A DNA stretch of 32,715 bases from an uncultured Pseudobdellovibrionaceae bacterium (lineage in GTDB: Bacteria; Pseudomonadota; Alphaproteobacteria; Micavibrionales; Micavibrionaceae). The stretch is from contig CAYSGL010000001.1 of the NCBI GenBank assembly GCA_964430725.1, positions 1 to 32,715 on the forward strand. Reading direction: 5' to 3'. The position numbers were made by a program, and so were the translations under genes. Below are positions 7,818-16,549 of the stretch, piece by piece. Every line of letters starts with the position of its first letter. Within the stretch, counting starts at the first letter, position 1. Below the pieces are notes generated by a model, which searched no databases, was not told the origin of the DNA, and saw nothing but the letters and a program-made list of their open reading frames with translations.

Positions 7818-9030
7818 CGATTAATACCTCTAAAGGATTAGGGGGTACAAAACCGGGGTGCCGTACGGCATTGCGGCGGGTGATATCGGCAGCGCGGGCA
7901 AAGATCTGATTGGGATTGTCACCATAGAGACGATTTGCTAATGCCAGCGATGATCGAACCGAAGCGGGGCGCACTTGTACGGTTTTGGGGAGGCGGCCTA
8001 TTTTTTCATTGATATCCCGGTTTAAGGCTGCGAGCATTTCTCCTGTAGAGATCCAGCTTTGATCAAGACCGGCCGCGCCGACATCCTGACGTAACGTGGA
8101 TAAACGATCTGACAGACTATCTCTGATAGATAAGGCTTCTTCTCGGCTTTCAAATGTAATAAAGCGCACAGAGCCGACTCCCGCCGCCAGGGAAGATAGA
8201 CGATGAAAAAAGTCGAGGCTCTGTGCATTCGTTTCCCGCGCTAGCTGATTAGCTGTTGTGGCAGGAGCGGAATTTGATAATGAAGGCGCGCTGGTTTGAA
8301 CCATGGTATTAACAATAGACTTGCCGGAAATACCGCTATTCACAGATGGCTTGCCGATAATGGGTTTTCTTGCCGGAGCAGCCAGATTCATTAGATCCGT
8401 ATATAGGCCGATCGCCTCGTCAATAAATGTGCCTGAAAGAACATCGAGCGCAGGAAATTCCTTGACGATGCCTGTTTTGTTTAATACGGCCGAAAGCGTG
8501 CCTAGAAAAGAATTGTTGCGAGAGATGGCATCCTCAAGCACAAAATCGGGAAGACCAGTTGCCTGAAAAAACGTACGAAAATCCGAGGCAGCGGCTGTGA
8601 ATGCATTAAGACTCGATGATAGCAGCCCTGCGGCCGTATTGGATGCGGCGGTCGGGAATAACGGTTTTCCAAATCTCTGCAATGTAATGGTGAAACCAAC
8701 TTCGCCGACTGCATTGGAAGCTTGCCGGCGACGGCCGCCAAGAACGATGACCTGAAGGTTGCCGTAATGCGGGTGAATTAAAGTTGCCGGACCCGGTGTT
8801 TTAATGGCCTTTTCAAGCGTATCGGCGCGGGCGATAAAATCAGGACCACCAACAACAGCTTCGATGGTGAAATTGTCTGGGGCAGCGCCAAAATCCTCGT
8901 GATATGGCTCGTCTCTTCCGGGGAATTCATGGGGGACGATGCGGCGGGTGAACTCTGAATCGTCACTTTCGATATCGAATGAAACGCCGCGAAGGGAGGC
9001 TGGTCGAAGATCGCGAAAATAATCTGCCAT
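7810..9030 (-). CDS. Mu N (gp43)-like DNA circularisation protein
   Basis: 406 aa. The N-terminus (RPASLRGVSFDIESDDSEFTRRIVPHEFPGRDEPYHEDFG) is typical of the DNA-circulation N-terminal domain. Confidence 0.85.
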   Translation of the reverse strand: MADYFRDLRPASLRGVSFDIESDDSEFTRRIVPHEFPGRDEPYHEDFGAAPDNFTIEAVVGGPDFIARADTLEKAIKTPGPATLIHPHYGNLQVIVLGGRRRQASNAVGEVGFTITLQRFGKPLFPTAASNTAAGLLSSSLNAFTAAASDFRTFFQATGLPDFVLEDAISRNNSFLGTLSAVLNKTGIVKEFPALDVLSGTFIDEAIGLYTDLMNLAAPARKPIIGKPSVNSGISGKSIVNTMVQTSAPSLSNSAPATTANQLARETNAQSLDFFHRLSSLAAGVGSVRFITFESREEALSIRDSLSDRLSTLRQDVGAAGLDQSWISTGEMLAALNRDINEKIGRLPKTVQVRPASVRSSLALANRLYGDNPNQIFARAADITRRNAVRHPGFVPPNPLEVLIDV

Positions 9031-10559
9031 TAGTTCGCCCCCATCACCAAGCCTGTATCCAAACGATAATCGAGACGGCGGTCATTCGGCGTGGCCTGCG
9101 CAACGCGAGGCTGGCCTTCAGCATCGATCTTGATATGCAATGTGCCGCCTGCATCAACTTTCTGATTTTGAAAGACCGGGCTTCTAGCGACCGGCACGGC
9201 AGGACCGAGGGGAACCGGCGTTACATCTGCTCGCTCATCACGTTGAAACCTGTCAACGATAACGCTACGGAGCCTGCTGCCAATATTTAATCCTGCGCCG
9301 ATAACGCCGACGGCGTCGATCAAAGGTTTCAGCAAATTCATAATGTATTCTGCTGCGCTGGCAAATGTGGCCTTGATGCCCTGCCATAAATTGGAAAAAA
9401 AGCTTTTCACTTTTGTCCAGTTTTTGATTAAGAGATAAGCGCCGCCGGCAATAGCGGCGATACCCAGTGTGATCCAACCGATCGGCGTAGTCAGTAGGGC
9501 AACACCAAAAGCTTTAATGGCTCCAGCTGCGAGAAGTGCTAAAGGAATGATGGCTTTTATTCCAACGGCAATTACCGTAAACAGCGGAGCAATGGTAGCA
9601 AAACCAAGAACGGTGAAATGGATTGCCATCATAAATTGGCCGAACCCTATAATTAACGGGCCTATCAATGCCATAATTAATGCGCCTTTCACAAGAAATC
9701 CCTGTATTCCAACTGGGAGTTTGGCAAAAGCATCCGCCATTTCGCTGATAGTGGAAGAAAGACCTCTGATAAATTTTCCTATCTCTAAACGTTCAGCGAC
9801 GACGCGGCCAACTTTATCCAACGATGTCGAGACAGAGTCGCCGAAGTTCGAAAAGGCTCCCTCCAAAATTGCCATTTGTTCTTCCATTGCACCGGCAAAT
9901 TGCACATCCCCGATTTGTCGTAGATATTCCTGTATTTCTTCGGCATTTTTCCTGATTACTGTTTTTTTTCCTTGAAATACAAAAGCAACCTTATTTCCTT
10001 GCTGGCTGGCTTTTATGCCAAATTCTTTTAAACGTTCAAATTCGCCTGTACTAGCATCAGCAACGGCTTCGATGAATTGATTCAAATCCTTTCCCATCGC
10101 CGAGGCAGTATTGCCGTATGAGCGTAGAGCTTCCATAGATGGATCGAGTCCTAAAGCCTTCAGTTTAATGACTGCGCTTAAAACTTGTTCTAGTTGAAAT
10201 GGGGTCGTCGAGGCAAAATCAAGAATTTGCTTAAAAATACTATCTGCGGCAGCCTGTGAACCAAAGACTGTTTTCAATGACGCTTTTAATTTTTCGAACT
10301 GAGCCGTTGTTTTAACGGATAAGTAGCCGAAACCAATCAATGGAGCTGTTATTTTTGTCGACCATCCAACACCGAAATCTGTAACCGCCTTACTGGTATT
10401 TTTTAAAGCATCTCTAAGAGCTTTTGTTTTCTCTAACATACCTTGAAGGGCTTGTTTATAGCGCTGTGCCATCGACCGAACCGGTCGTGTCATCCGGTCG
10501 ATAGCCTCAAGTATTAATTTTACGCGCAAGCTGTTCATTGATCTTCCCTGCTTGTTCAC
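9030..10559 (-). CDS. Tail tape measure protein
   Basis: 509 aa with a helical N-terminal half and a long hydrophobic/Gly-Ala-rich segment, located after the tail chaperone. The track start is GTG at 10559. An ATG at 10538 preceded by AGGGAAG is an alternative start. Confidence 0.85.
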   Translation of the reverse strand: MNKQGRSMNSLRVKLILEAIDRMTRPVRSMAQRYKQALQGMLEKTKALRDALKNTSKAVTDFGVGWSTKITAPLIGFGYLSVKTTAQFEKLKASLKTVFGSQAAADSIFKQILDFASTTPFQLEQVLSAVIKLKALGLDPSMEALRSYGNTASAMGKDLNQFIEAVADASTGEFERLKEFGIKASQQGNKVAFVFQGKKTVIRKNAEEIQEYLRQIGDVQFAGAMEEQMAILEGAFSNFGDSVSTSLDKVGRVVAERLEIGKFIRGLSSTISEMADAFAKLPVGIQGFLVKGALIMALIGPLIIGFGQFMMAIHFTVLGFATIAPLFTVIAVGIKAIIPLALLAAGAIKAFGVALLTTPIGWITLGIAAIAGGAYLLIKNWTKVKSFFSNLWQGIKATFASAAEYIMNLLKPLIDAVGVIGAGLNIGSRLRSVIVDRFQRDERADVTPVPLGPAVPVARSPVFQNQKVDAGGTLHIKIDAEGQPRVAQATPNDRRLDYRLDTGLVMGAN

Positions 10560-11015
10560 TCCAGAACATCAACCGATCGATCGGCATGTCCCAATAATCG
10601 CCCTCTCTGAAAGAGAAGACGGTTGCAACGAGCGCTATGTGCTCTTCCCAGTTTTCTGGGCACCCGGCAAAAAATCTTCGATGGCCTCCATAGCCTTTTC
10701 GATGTCTTCACCATCAATTTTATCGAAGATTGGATCTGTGATGCCAGCCAGCCGTTTGAATATAACAACCATCACTTCCATATCATCTTTGATCTTGGTG
10801 ATTTGACGGAGGTCGCCACCATTCACGCGGCGAAAGGTCAATTGACTGAATTCTTGCTCCCTCTCCTGATTCCCATTTCTGAAGACAGCCGTGAAGGGAT
10901 AACGCAATGTATAGGTGAGGGATCCATCTTCATTGTGCTGCACGTTCGGATCAATAGCTTTGTCTTCTTTGCCATTGGTCGTTTGCTCGGTAATATCGAC
11001 GCGACGTGTAATCAT
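10507..11015 (-). CDS. Tail assembly chaperone, -1 frameshift fusion product (E+E'-like)
   Basis: After T-TTT-TTG (10674-10668) the -1 frame stays open for 53 more codons (AGCPENWEEHIALVATVFSFREGDYWDMPIDRLMFWSEQAGKINEQLARKINT) to the TGA at 10509-10507, overlapping the tape measure start. Confidence 0.6.
10635..11015 (-). CDS. Tail assembly chaperone (Mu gp41 / P2 E-like), frame-0 product
   Basis: 126 aa between the tube and tape measure genes. It carries a slippery heptamer near its 3' end. Confidence 0.8.
   Translation of the reverse strand: MITRRVDITEQTTNGKEDKAIDPNVQHNEDGSLTYTLRYPFTAVFRNGNQEREQEFSQLTFRRVNGGDLRQITKIKDDMEVMVVIFKRLAGITDPIFDKIDGEDIEKAMEAIEDFLPGAQKTGKST
10668..10674 (-). promoter_or_regulatory. 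Programmed -1 ribosomal frameshift slippery site TTTTTTG
   Basis: The plus strand reads caaaaaa. On the coding strand the codons GAT TTT TTG give the X-XXY-YYZ heptamer. Confidence 0.65.
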
Positions 11016-11377
11016 GCCACCATCTCCTCTGCCGGTTCGCCGTGGAAGGTCATTTCAACCTTGCCGTTATCGGCGCCGCCTTGAAGCTGAAGTTCGCCCG
11101 TTTGCGCCGCGCTGCGGATGATCCAGGTGCGCCCATTGTCGGACGTAAACGTTACCTCCACATCGGTCATTTCCTGAAACTGCCTTAAGGATACTTCCTT
11201 AGTTACCGGAATCTTGCACACCACCATCGACGGGATTTTCGTCTGGTTATAGAAAAACTTCTCACCGGTCATGCGTTCGTTGTTTTTCAAGCCACCGGGC
11301 TGAAGCGTGGCATCATCATCGGTTTCATAAACCTGCCCGTTGAAGCGAATGGTCGCCCGGCCGTGGATCTTCGACAT
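11012..11377 (-). CDS. Tail tube protein (Mu M-like)
   Basis: 121 aa, directly downstream of the sheath gene; the size and position are typical. Confidence 0.8.
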   Translation of the reverse strand: MSKIHGRATIRFNGQVYETDDDATLQPGGLKNNERMTGEKFFYNQTKIPSMVVCKIPVTKEVSLRQFQEMTDVEVTFTSDNGRTWIIRSAAQTGELQLQGGADNGKVEMTFHGEPAEEMVA

Positions 11378-11414
11378 GATATAATTCTCCTTTTAAAAAC
11401 GGATTGAATGAGGG

Positions 11415-12890
11415 TTAAAGTTTGAACTGCACCAGTCCCGCGAAGACGCGCAGCTGGTTGATGATATCCGGCGGAATCAACGCATTGACCCGGTTCGGAT
11501 CATTTGAATCGCGCTCGACAATCAGATCTTCCTTGAATTGCTCGATATTCTCCACCAGACCGTTTTCTTCCCATTGGCGGAATCGACCGATGAGGCTGGC
11601 CCGGATGACACTGGGCGTGACCACGGCCTGACCGCGTGCAAAATTCGTCCCATCATCCGCCAGTTTATAACGCGGATAGCGCAGAGCGATGAAGGTGCGG
11701 GTGTCGTAGCGCAGATAAGCCAGTGTTTTCATGGTCTCGATGTCGAGATATGAAGGATCGGCTGCGCCAAATGGATTTTCCTTGTATGTCGTAATCACTC
11801 TTTCCAGGCGCACGACATCGCCGGCATCGATCATAAAGGTCGAGATGCCATGGAAGAGCAGAAGGTTTCTTTCTTCCAGCGTATAGCGGTCCTTGATCGC
11901 CGGTGGCAGGATGCCTGGCAAGGGCAACGTTTGCACCGGGCGGGCCGGATCGATCTTTAAGAAGTATGAGCAGACAGCAGCCATGGCAGCGGCCAGTTCG
12001 TAGGGAGGATTGGGGCACTTGGTCAGGCCGCCGATCGTCACATGGGGGCTGTTTCGCGCATCACCGGCCGTGATCAGATTGCCGTGCGTGTCGGACAAAC
12101 CATAGTAAAGATGCCCGTCTTTCATCTTGAGAGGGCCAAAGCGATCGGCCAGCTCTTCTTCCATGGCAACAATGTTGGCGCTGTCAGCATAGGCCATCAC
12201 AAAATCGGTGTACCATTCATCACCGATTGCCGTTAAGACATCTTCAACATCGGGGTTGGCTGTACCGCCGCTCATGGCGGTGAAGGTGACGGTTACGCCG
12301 GCCGGCGTTTTTTCGTCGGCATAATAATTGATGCGCAGATCAATTGAATTGGCGCATTCACCTTTATGCTTCGCCGTCAGATTGACGATTTTGTCGTCAA
12401 CGCCATCAACCGCAGCACTCACCGGCAGATCTGCATCGGCCTGGATTGCAGCGATAATCGTTGCCGCAATATCGCTGGCATCGTCGTCGTTGGCAACTTT
12501 TGCACGAACGCGACGGCCGCCGATATAGATGTTTAATGTGCCAGCGGCAGTCGGCGCACCACCGATCGTAATCTTGCCAGTTGCCGCATTGCCGCCGCCA
12601 TCATCTTCCTGGGCAATGGCGTGCACCTCAATGTAGCTATTGGCCCCCTTGAATTTCTCAAGCATGTGCGCGAGTTGAGAGCCGATCCCGAAAAGTTCCT
12701 TTCCCTGATCGACCGACGTGATCAGATATGGTTCCAGAGCATCGGCGGTGCCGGCAGCGAGCATCTGCCCGATGACCAGGACTTTAGTCGGCATGCCGGA
12801 GAGTCCCCGGAAAGCTTGTGAATTGTCGATTTCGATATATTGACCGGGAACGCGAATATCGATCGGAACCTGATTGAAGCTGATAGACAT
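11415..12890 (-). CDS. Contractile tail sheath protein (Mu L-like)
   Basis: 491 aa with sheath-like sequence throughout and the conserved position. Confidence 0.9.
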   Translation of the reverse strand: MSISFNQVPIDIRVPGQYIEIDNSQAFRGLSGMPTKVLVIGQMLAAGTADALEPYLITSVDQGKELFGIGSQLAHMLEKFKGANSYIEVHAIAQEDDGGGNAATGKITIGGAPTAAGTLNIYIGGRRVRAKVANDDDASDIAATIIAAIQADADLPVSAAVDGVDDKIVNLTAKHKGECANSIDLRINYYADEKTPAGVTVTFTAMSGGTANPDVEDVLTAIGDEWYTDFVMAYADSANIVAMEEELADRFGPLKMKDGHLYYGLSDTHGNLITAGDARNSPHVTIGGLTKCPNPPYELAAAMAAVCSYFLKIDPARPVQTLPLPGILPPAIKDRYTLEERNLLLFHGISTFMIDAGDVVRLERVITTYKENPFGAADPSYLDIETMKTLAYLRYDTRTFIALRYPRYKLADDGTNFARGQAVVTPSVIRASLIGRFRQWEENGLVENIEQFKEDLIVERDSNDPNRVNALIPPDIINQLRVFAGLVQFKL

Positions 12891-12893
12891 GGA

Positions 12894-13133
12894 TTATTTC
12901 TCCTTCTTTTGAGAGTCTTGAGATTTTGTATGGGCGGCGGTGTCGGTTGATGGGGCGACCGGTTTGCTTACGGTTTTTGTCTGGGACGCCTCTACAACAT
13001 CACCAGCCAAAAGCCGGCGGCGGTAATATTTGTTCAACCGCACAAGAGCGCCTTCGGCCGGCAAGGGCTGATTTGTGTCAGGATCGATAACGCGCAGGCC
13101 AGCTGCCGGCTTAATAAAAATTTTCTTGGTCAT
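12894..13133 (-). CDS. Mu gp38-like small protein (DUF2635-like)
   Basis: 79 aa. IKPAAGLRVIDPDTNQPLPAEGALVRLNKYYRRRLLAGDVV resembles the family found just upstream of the sheath in Mu-like phages. Confidence 0.75.
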   Translation of the reverse strand: MTKKIFIKPAAGLRVIDPDTNQPLPAEGALVRLNKYYRRRLLAGDVVEASQTKTVSKPVAPSTDTAAHTKSQDSQKKEK

Positions 13134-13762
13134 TCTTCGCTTTCCTCTTCTTCGGTTTCGAGTGCAACCGTATCGATTGCATCGGCGGTATCGTCTGCCG
13201 GCAGGCCTTGGGATGTGTCGACGTTGCCATGGGGCGGCAAATCCCAGTTCACATGAAAGGTTTCAAAATCGTCGAGATCATCAACAATATCGGATGTTTG
13301 CGTCTCAAATCCGGTTGTCAGTTCGACGCCATAGACGGAAACAAGCTGCTGGCCTGCTTTGTCATTGGTGATCGGCTGCACGCCCTGGGGAATGATGGGA
13401 TCGATATCGAGGCCGAATGTCTGATTGGCCACAAGGCCGATAACATCCTCGATAATCTGATAGCTACCGACTTTATCGCCTGATCCGTGCCGCGCGGCGG
13501 CTTCATTGCGCAGATTATTTGCGCCGCAGAATGCTACCCATCGGGCTGAGAACTTAACACGGCCGTTGGTGTGCGATAGGCGAGTGGCGCCGGCAAAGGC
13601 GACCAGAACGAAAGGAAACTGCCGACCGGAAACAGCTTTTTCCAGCCCGTCAGCAAACTCGCCGCCGTAAGTATCAATCTTTCTGAGCTGATAACCAAGG
13701 ATTTCATTGTCGTGCGCGGCGCGGATGCGATCAAGAAGAGCGTTTTCGATTTCAGGGATCAT
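13130..13762 (-). CDS. Mu gp37-like tail completion protein (DUF1834-like)
   Basis: 210 aa in the conserved position, with an acidic C-terminal tail. Confidence 0.8.
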   Translation of the reverse strand: MIPEIENALLDRIRAAHDNEILGYQLRKIDTYGGEFADGLEKAVSGRQFPFVLVAFAGATRLSHTNGRVKFSARWVAFCGANNLRNEAAARHGSGDKVGSYQIIEDVIGLVANQTFGLDIDPIIPQGVQPITNDKAGQQLVSVYGVELTTGFETQTSDIVDDLDDFETFHVNWDLPPHGNVDTSQGLPADDTADAIDTVALETEEEESEE

Positions 13763-14238
13763 TGCAGCATCCCTTTCATCCAGTCTTGCGCGGTCGCGTT
13801 GATCTCGGCGACATCCTCTGCGTTAATGCCGAGGTAAGGGCGCGCCGGGATGGTGACCTTGTCGGCGAACACCATGCCGTTCACACCTTTAAAGGCCAGT
13901 TTCTTCGCTGTCTTTGGACGGATCGTTCCACCGAGCTGGTGAATGCCGGCATCGATCCTGTTCGATCCCCATTCGACGCTGGAAGGATTGGTATTATGCG
14001 CCAGGGAAGAGAACAGCAGGCCTTTGTCTCGCAGCGTCTGACCGCCGCGTTCTCGGGCGCGCCGGCTTTTCTTCCAGGGCTGGCCATCCGGCCCGCGCTC
14101 ATCCAGGAAGCGCTGCTGCGTGGAAGATACGCCGTACGATCCGACCTGATCGAGCAGATCTCGACGTTCGGACGGATCGACGAATTTTTTGAAGGCTTTC
14201 ACCAGGTATTCATCACCTTTGACTTCAAGCGTGATCAT
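13759..14238 (-). CDS. Virion morphogenesis protein (Mu G / P2 S-like)
   Basis: 159 aa. The segment SSTQQRFLDERGPDGQPWKKS...GGQTLRDKGLL...IHQLGG is typical of the family. Confidence 0.8.
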   Translation of the reverse strand: MITLEVKGDEYLVKAFKKFVDPSERRDLLDQVGSYGVSSTQQRFLDERGPDGQPWKKSRRARERGGQTLRDKGLLFSSLAHNTNPSSVEWGSNRIDAGIHQLGGTIRPKTAKKLAFKGVNGMVFADKVTIPARPYLGINAEDVAEINATAQDWMKGMLQ

Positions 14239-14239
14239 C

Positions 14240-14659
14240 CTAGAACCTTTTCAGCGTATCGCGGTTGAACATGCGGTCGGGTGCATCAACGTGCGCCTCG
14301 GCTGGCGAGGATGTTGGCGCGACGCCAGCAACATCAAGAATGATGTCACCGCGTGAAACCTGTTTGAGAAATGCCATCGCATCATCGTAAGCGGCGCGGA
14401 TTTCATCAGGATAGTGGCCGCGATGCAGATCAAAATAGGCGATAGCCATGGCATGACGGCGAAGAATAAGCGGAGGGTTGGAGACAGGCGTTCTATAGCG
14501 CTTGGCCAGATAGCCATCGCACAGGGCCGACGCCGCTTCGAGCGCGCCGTCTAAAACGGAATCAACGATCTCACCGGTTGCCGGCAGCGCGCGGTCTGTC
14601 AGCTCGATAAGAGCTTCCTCGCCGTACTGATCGATCATGTGTTGTTTGCTTGCGTACAT
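14240..14659 (-). CDS. Mu gp36-like head-tail connector protein (DUF1320-like)
   Basis: 139 aa. The start is preceded by GGGAAG. It is the first gene after a structured 150-nt spacer. Confidence 0.8.
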   Translation of the reverse strand: MYASKQHMIDQYGEEALIELTDRALPATGEIVDSVLDGALEAASALCDGYLAKRYRTPVSNPPLILRRHAMAIAYFDLHRGHYPDEIRAAYDDAMAFLKQVSRGDIILDVAGVAPTSSPAEAHVDAPDRMFNRDTLKRF

Positions 14660-14809
14660 TTCTTCCCTGGTTGGGGAGCCGAAGCTTCCTTGCAGACCCC
14701 GGCTCCCCCTCTGTCTCGTTGGTTGCCGCCTCTGGCGGCCGTCAAGCCTGAAACGCCGGCTTTCACGGAGGGCGGGACCTTCCCCCCGCCCTCGTCACCG
14801 CTTCGGGTA
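14660..14809 (-). other. Highly structured GC-rich intergenic region with several stable hairpins and no U-tracts
   Basis: On the mRNA strand there are three main hairpins. GAGGGCGGG-N8-CCCGCCCTC is a 9-bp stem at 14768-14793. GCCGCC-AGA-GGCGGC is a 6-bp stem. GGGGAGCCG-N18-CGGCTCCCC is a 9-bp stem. Confidence 0.5.
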
Positions 14810-15133
14810 TTACTTACCGGCTCCTTTACCGCCTTTGCCCGCACCGTCACCTTTGCCTGCAGCGTCTCCGGCATTATCAGTATTGGAGTTGCCATCAGCG
14901 CCTGCTGTACCGGCGGCATCATCATCCTTGCCGGCACCGCCGGTCTTTTTGCCGGCAGGCTTTTCTTCCTTCACATCCACCTCGACGACGACCAGCATCG
15001 GTTCGGCTTTGAGCGCTTCGATTTGCTCTTTTTTCAGATCCGCCGGATCAAGAAGGGTCGGGGTTGAGCTGAAGGCGTGCCCGGCCCGGCGAAAGCCGTC
15101 ACGCTTCGAGATGATTTGCAGTTTTTTTGCCAT
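14810..15133 (-). CDS. Mu gp35 / FluMu HI1506-like protein with a low-complexity C-terminal tail
   Basis: 107 aa. The N-terminal 50 aa (LQIISKRDGFRRAGHAF...LKAEPMLVV) resemble the HI1506-type domain. The remainder is rich in G, A, K and D. Confidence 0.7.
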   Translation of the reverse strand: MAKKLQIISKRDGFRRAGHAFSSTPTLLDPADLKKEQIEALKAEPMLVVVEVDVKEEKPAGKKTGGAGKDDDAAGTAGADGNSNTDNAGDAAGKGDGAGKGGKGAGK

Positions 15134-15180
15134 GTTCGTTTTTCCTTTTTTGAACGGTTAAAGAGGGATTGAAGCCGCTA

Positions 15181-16071
15181 TTACAGCCACGGCACGACCA
15201 GAACCTCGGCAGTGCCACGGTGAATGTTGGTCGCTCCATTAGCGGCGCGTTCGGCCACCGTGATTTCTTTGGCAGCGCCTTCATTGGCCGGTCCAACCAC
15301 AAGCAGGTTCGGCGTCACGTTCAGCGGCTTGCCACCATCACCTTTGAAGCCAAGCATCGCGGCGCGAGCGGCTTTGTAGTTGGTGGCATCAAGCGTTTGT
15401 TTCGATCCGTAGATCAGCTGCCATAAGCCGAAGCCGACATTGCAGCGGGCATCTACGCCGTAAACGAACTCCTTGTTCTTGAAGACGTTGTCATCTTCCG
15501 GATTGTCCTTGGCGACAAAGTTGTAGCCTTTACGTTCCTGGAAGATCAGCGGCTTGACGAATTTGGTGGTGTCCAGCAGGAACCAGGCCGAACCAGAACC
15601 GCCACCATCATTTGAAACCGAAGCGACAGATCCATCCGCCTGGATAACGGGGTGGTCCGTATCGACAAAATACTGCCCGTCATAGCACTCCTTGTCGAAA
15701 GCATCAGCCAGCAGGCTAAAGACCAGCTCGTCGGGATGCATGGCCGCGTCCTGACCAAGCTGCTGGATCATCGGTGCATAGACGCCGATATTGTCATCCT
15801 CGATATCGTCACGATCAACGGAGACCGTGTTCTCGAAGCTGATGTTTTTGATCGTGAAGTCATGCGTTTTCAGATTCTGCATGACGCGCGGGCCGACCCA
15901 CTCGCGGAAGCGGGTGTTGGAACCAAGCCAGCCGTAGGTTTCTTTCGAAGCCTTCGATTTGACGTGCATTGCCACTTTGCTCCATTGCGGCTTTGCACCG
16001 GTGAAAGCGCCATTATAAAGAGAGGTGAAACCGGCGCTGAGGTTTCGGAGGTTTTGAGAGTTGATATTCAT
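15181..16071 (-). CDS. Major head subunit (Mu gpT-like)
   Basis: 296 aa. The N-terminus (LSAGFTSLYNGAF...WSKVAMHVKSKASKETYGWLG...REWVGPR) is typical of gpT. Confidence 0.9.
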   Translation of the reverse strand: MNINSQNLRNLSAGFTSLYNGAFTGAKPQWSKVAMHVKSKASKETYGWLGSNTRFREWVGPRVMQNLKTHDFTIKNISFENTVSVDRDDIEDDNIGVYAPMIQQLGQDAAMHPDELVFSLLADAFDKECYDGQYFVDTDHPVIQADGSVASVSNDGGGSGSAWFLLDTTKFVKPLIFQERKGYNFVAKDNPEDDNVFKNKEFVYGVDARCNVGFGLWQLIYGSKQTLDATNYKAARAAMLGFKGDGGKPLNVTPNLLVVGPANEGAAKEITVAERAANGATNIHRGTAEVLVVPWL

Positions 16072-16102
16072 CGGTTGTTACCTTTTCTGGTTGTGAGGAG
16101 GA

Positions 16103-16513
16103 TTAGTCGATTTTGACCCAGACGCCGTTGGCATCGACATCAACGATCTTGCCGGCCGCCGATCGGGTGTTGGTGCCATTGGTTTTGGCAACGGTCTGAT
16201 CGTCGACGATGTAGCAAGTGTCGCCGATTTCGGCGCGGGTGATCTCATCCGTGTCCGCGCTATTGGCGTACTGGAAAACACCCTTGCGGAAGCGCACGGT
16301 TTCATCGCCGGCAGATCCACCGGAATTATCGACCTCATGCTCGGCACGGCCGGCGGCGGTCAGCGTGGTGGCCGTCGCGCCCGGCGTGATGTTGCCGGAT
16401 GCATCAAAGCAGACAAGTGCGCCCTGATAGATGTGCTTGGCAGCCGCAGCAGGGCCGGAGAAGGTATCCCCTTCAATGCGCTTGGTGTCACGGTTTTGAT
16501 TTAATGCAGTCAT
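16103..16513 (-). CDS. Small head-associated protein (DUF2190-like; possible decoration protein)
   Basis: 136 aa between the protease/scaffold and major capsid genes. Its function is inferred from position only. Confidence 0.6.
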   Translation of the reverse strand: MTALNQNRDTKRIEGDTFSGPAAAAKHIYQGALVCFDASGNITPGATATTLTAAGRAEHEVDNSGGSAGDETVRFRKGVFQYANSADTDEITRAEIGDTCYIVDDQTVAKTNGTNTRSAAGKIVDVDANGVWVKID

Positions 16514-16549
16514 AGTGTGTTCCTTCGTTCGATTTGATGGTTAAGGGGA

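Noticed and set aside
14810-14965. Repetitive-looking DNA in the gp35-like 3' half, considered as a tandem repeat or CRISPR-like array
   Set aside because: It is biased codon repetition for a Gly/Ala/Lys/Asp tail. There are no regular repeat-spacer units.
16078-16347. Alternative-frame minus-strand ORFs nested in real genes (for example 16078-16347, 11665-12018, 14635-14937, 30893-31417, 28337-28672 and 25642-25914)
   Set aside because: They overlap recognisable genes in other frames, have Arg/Pro/Ser-rich compositions and lack independent translation signals.
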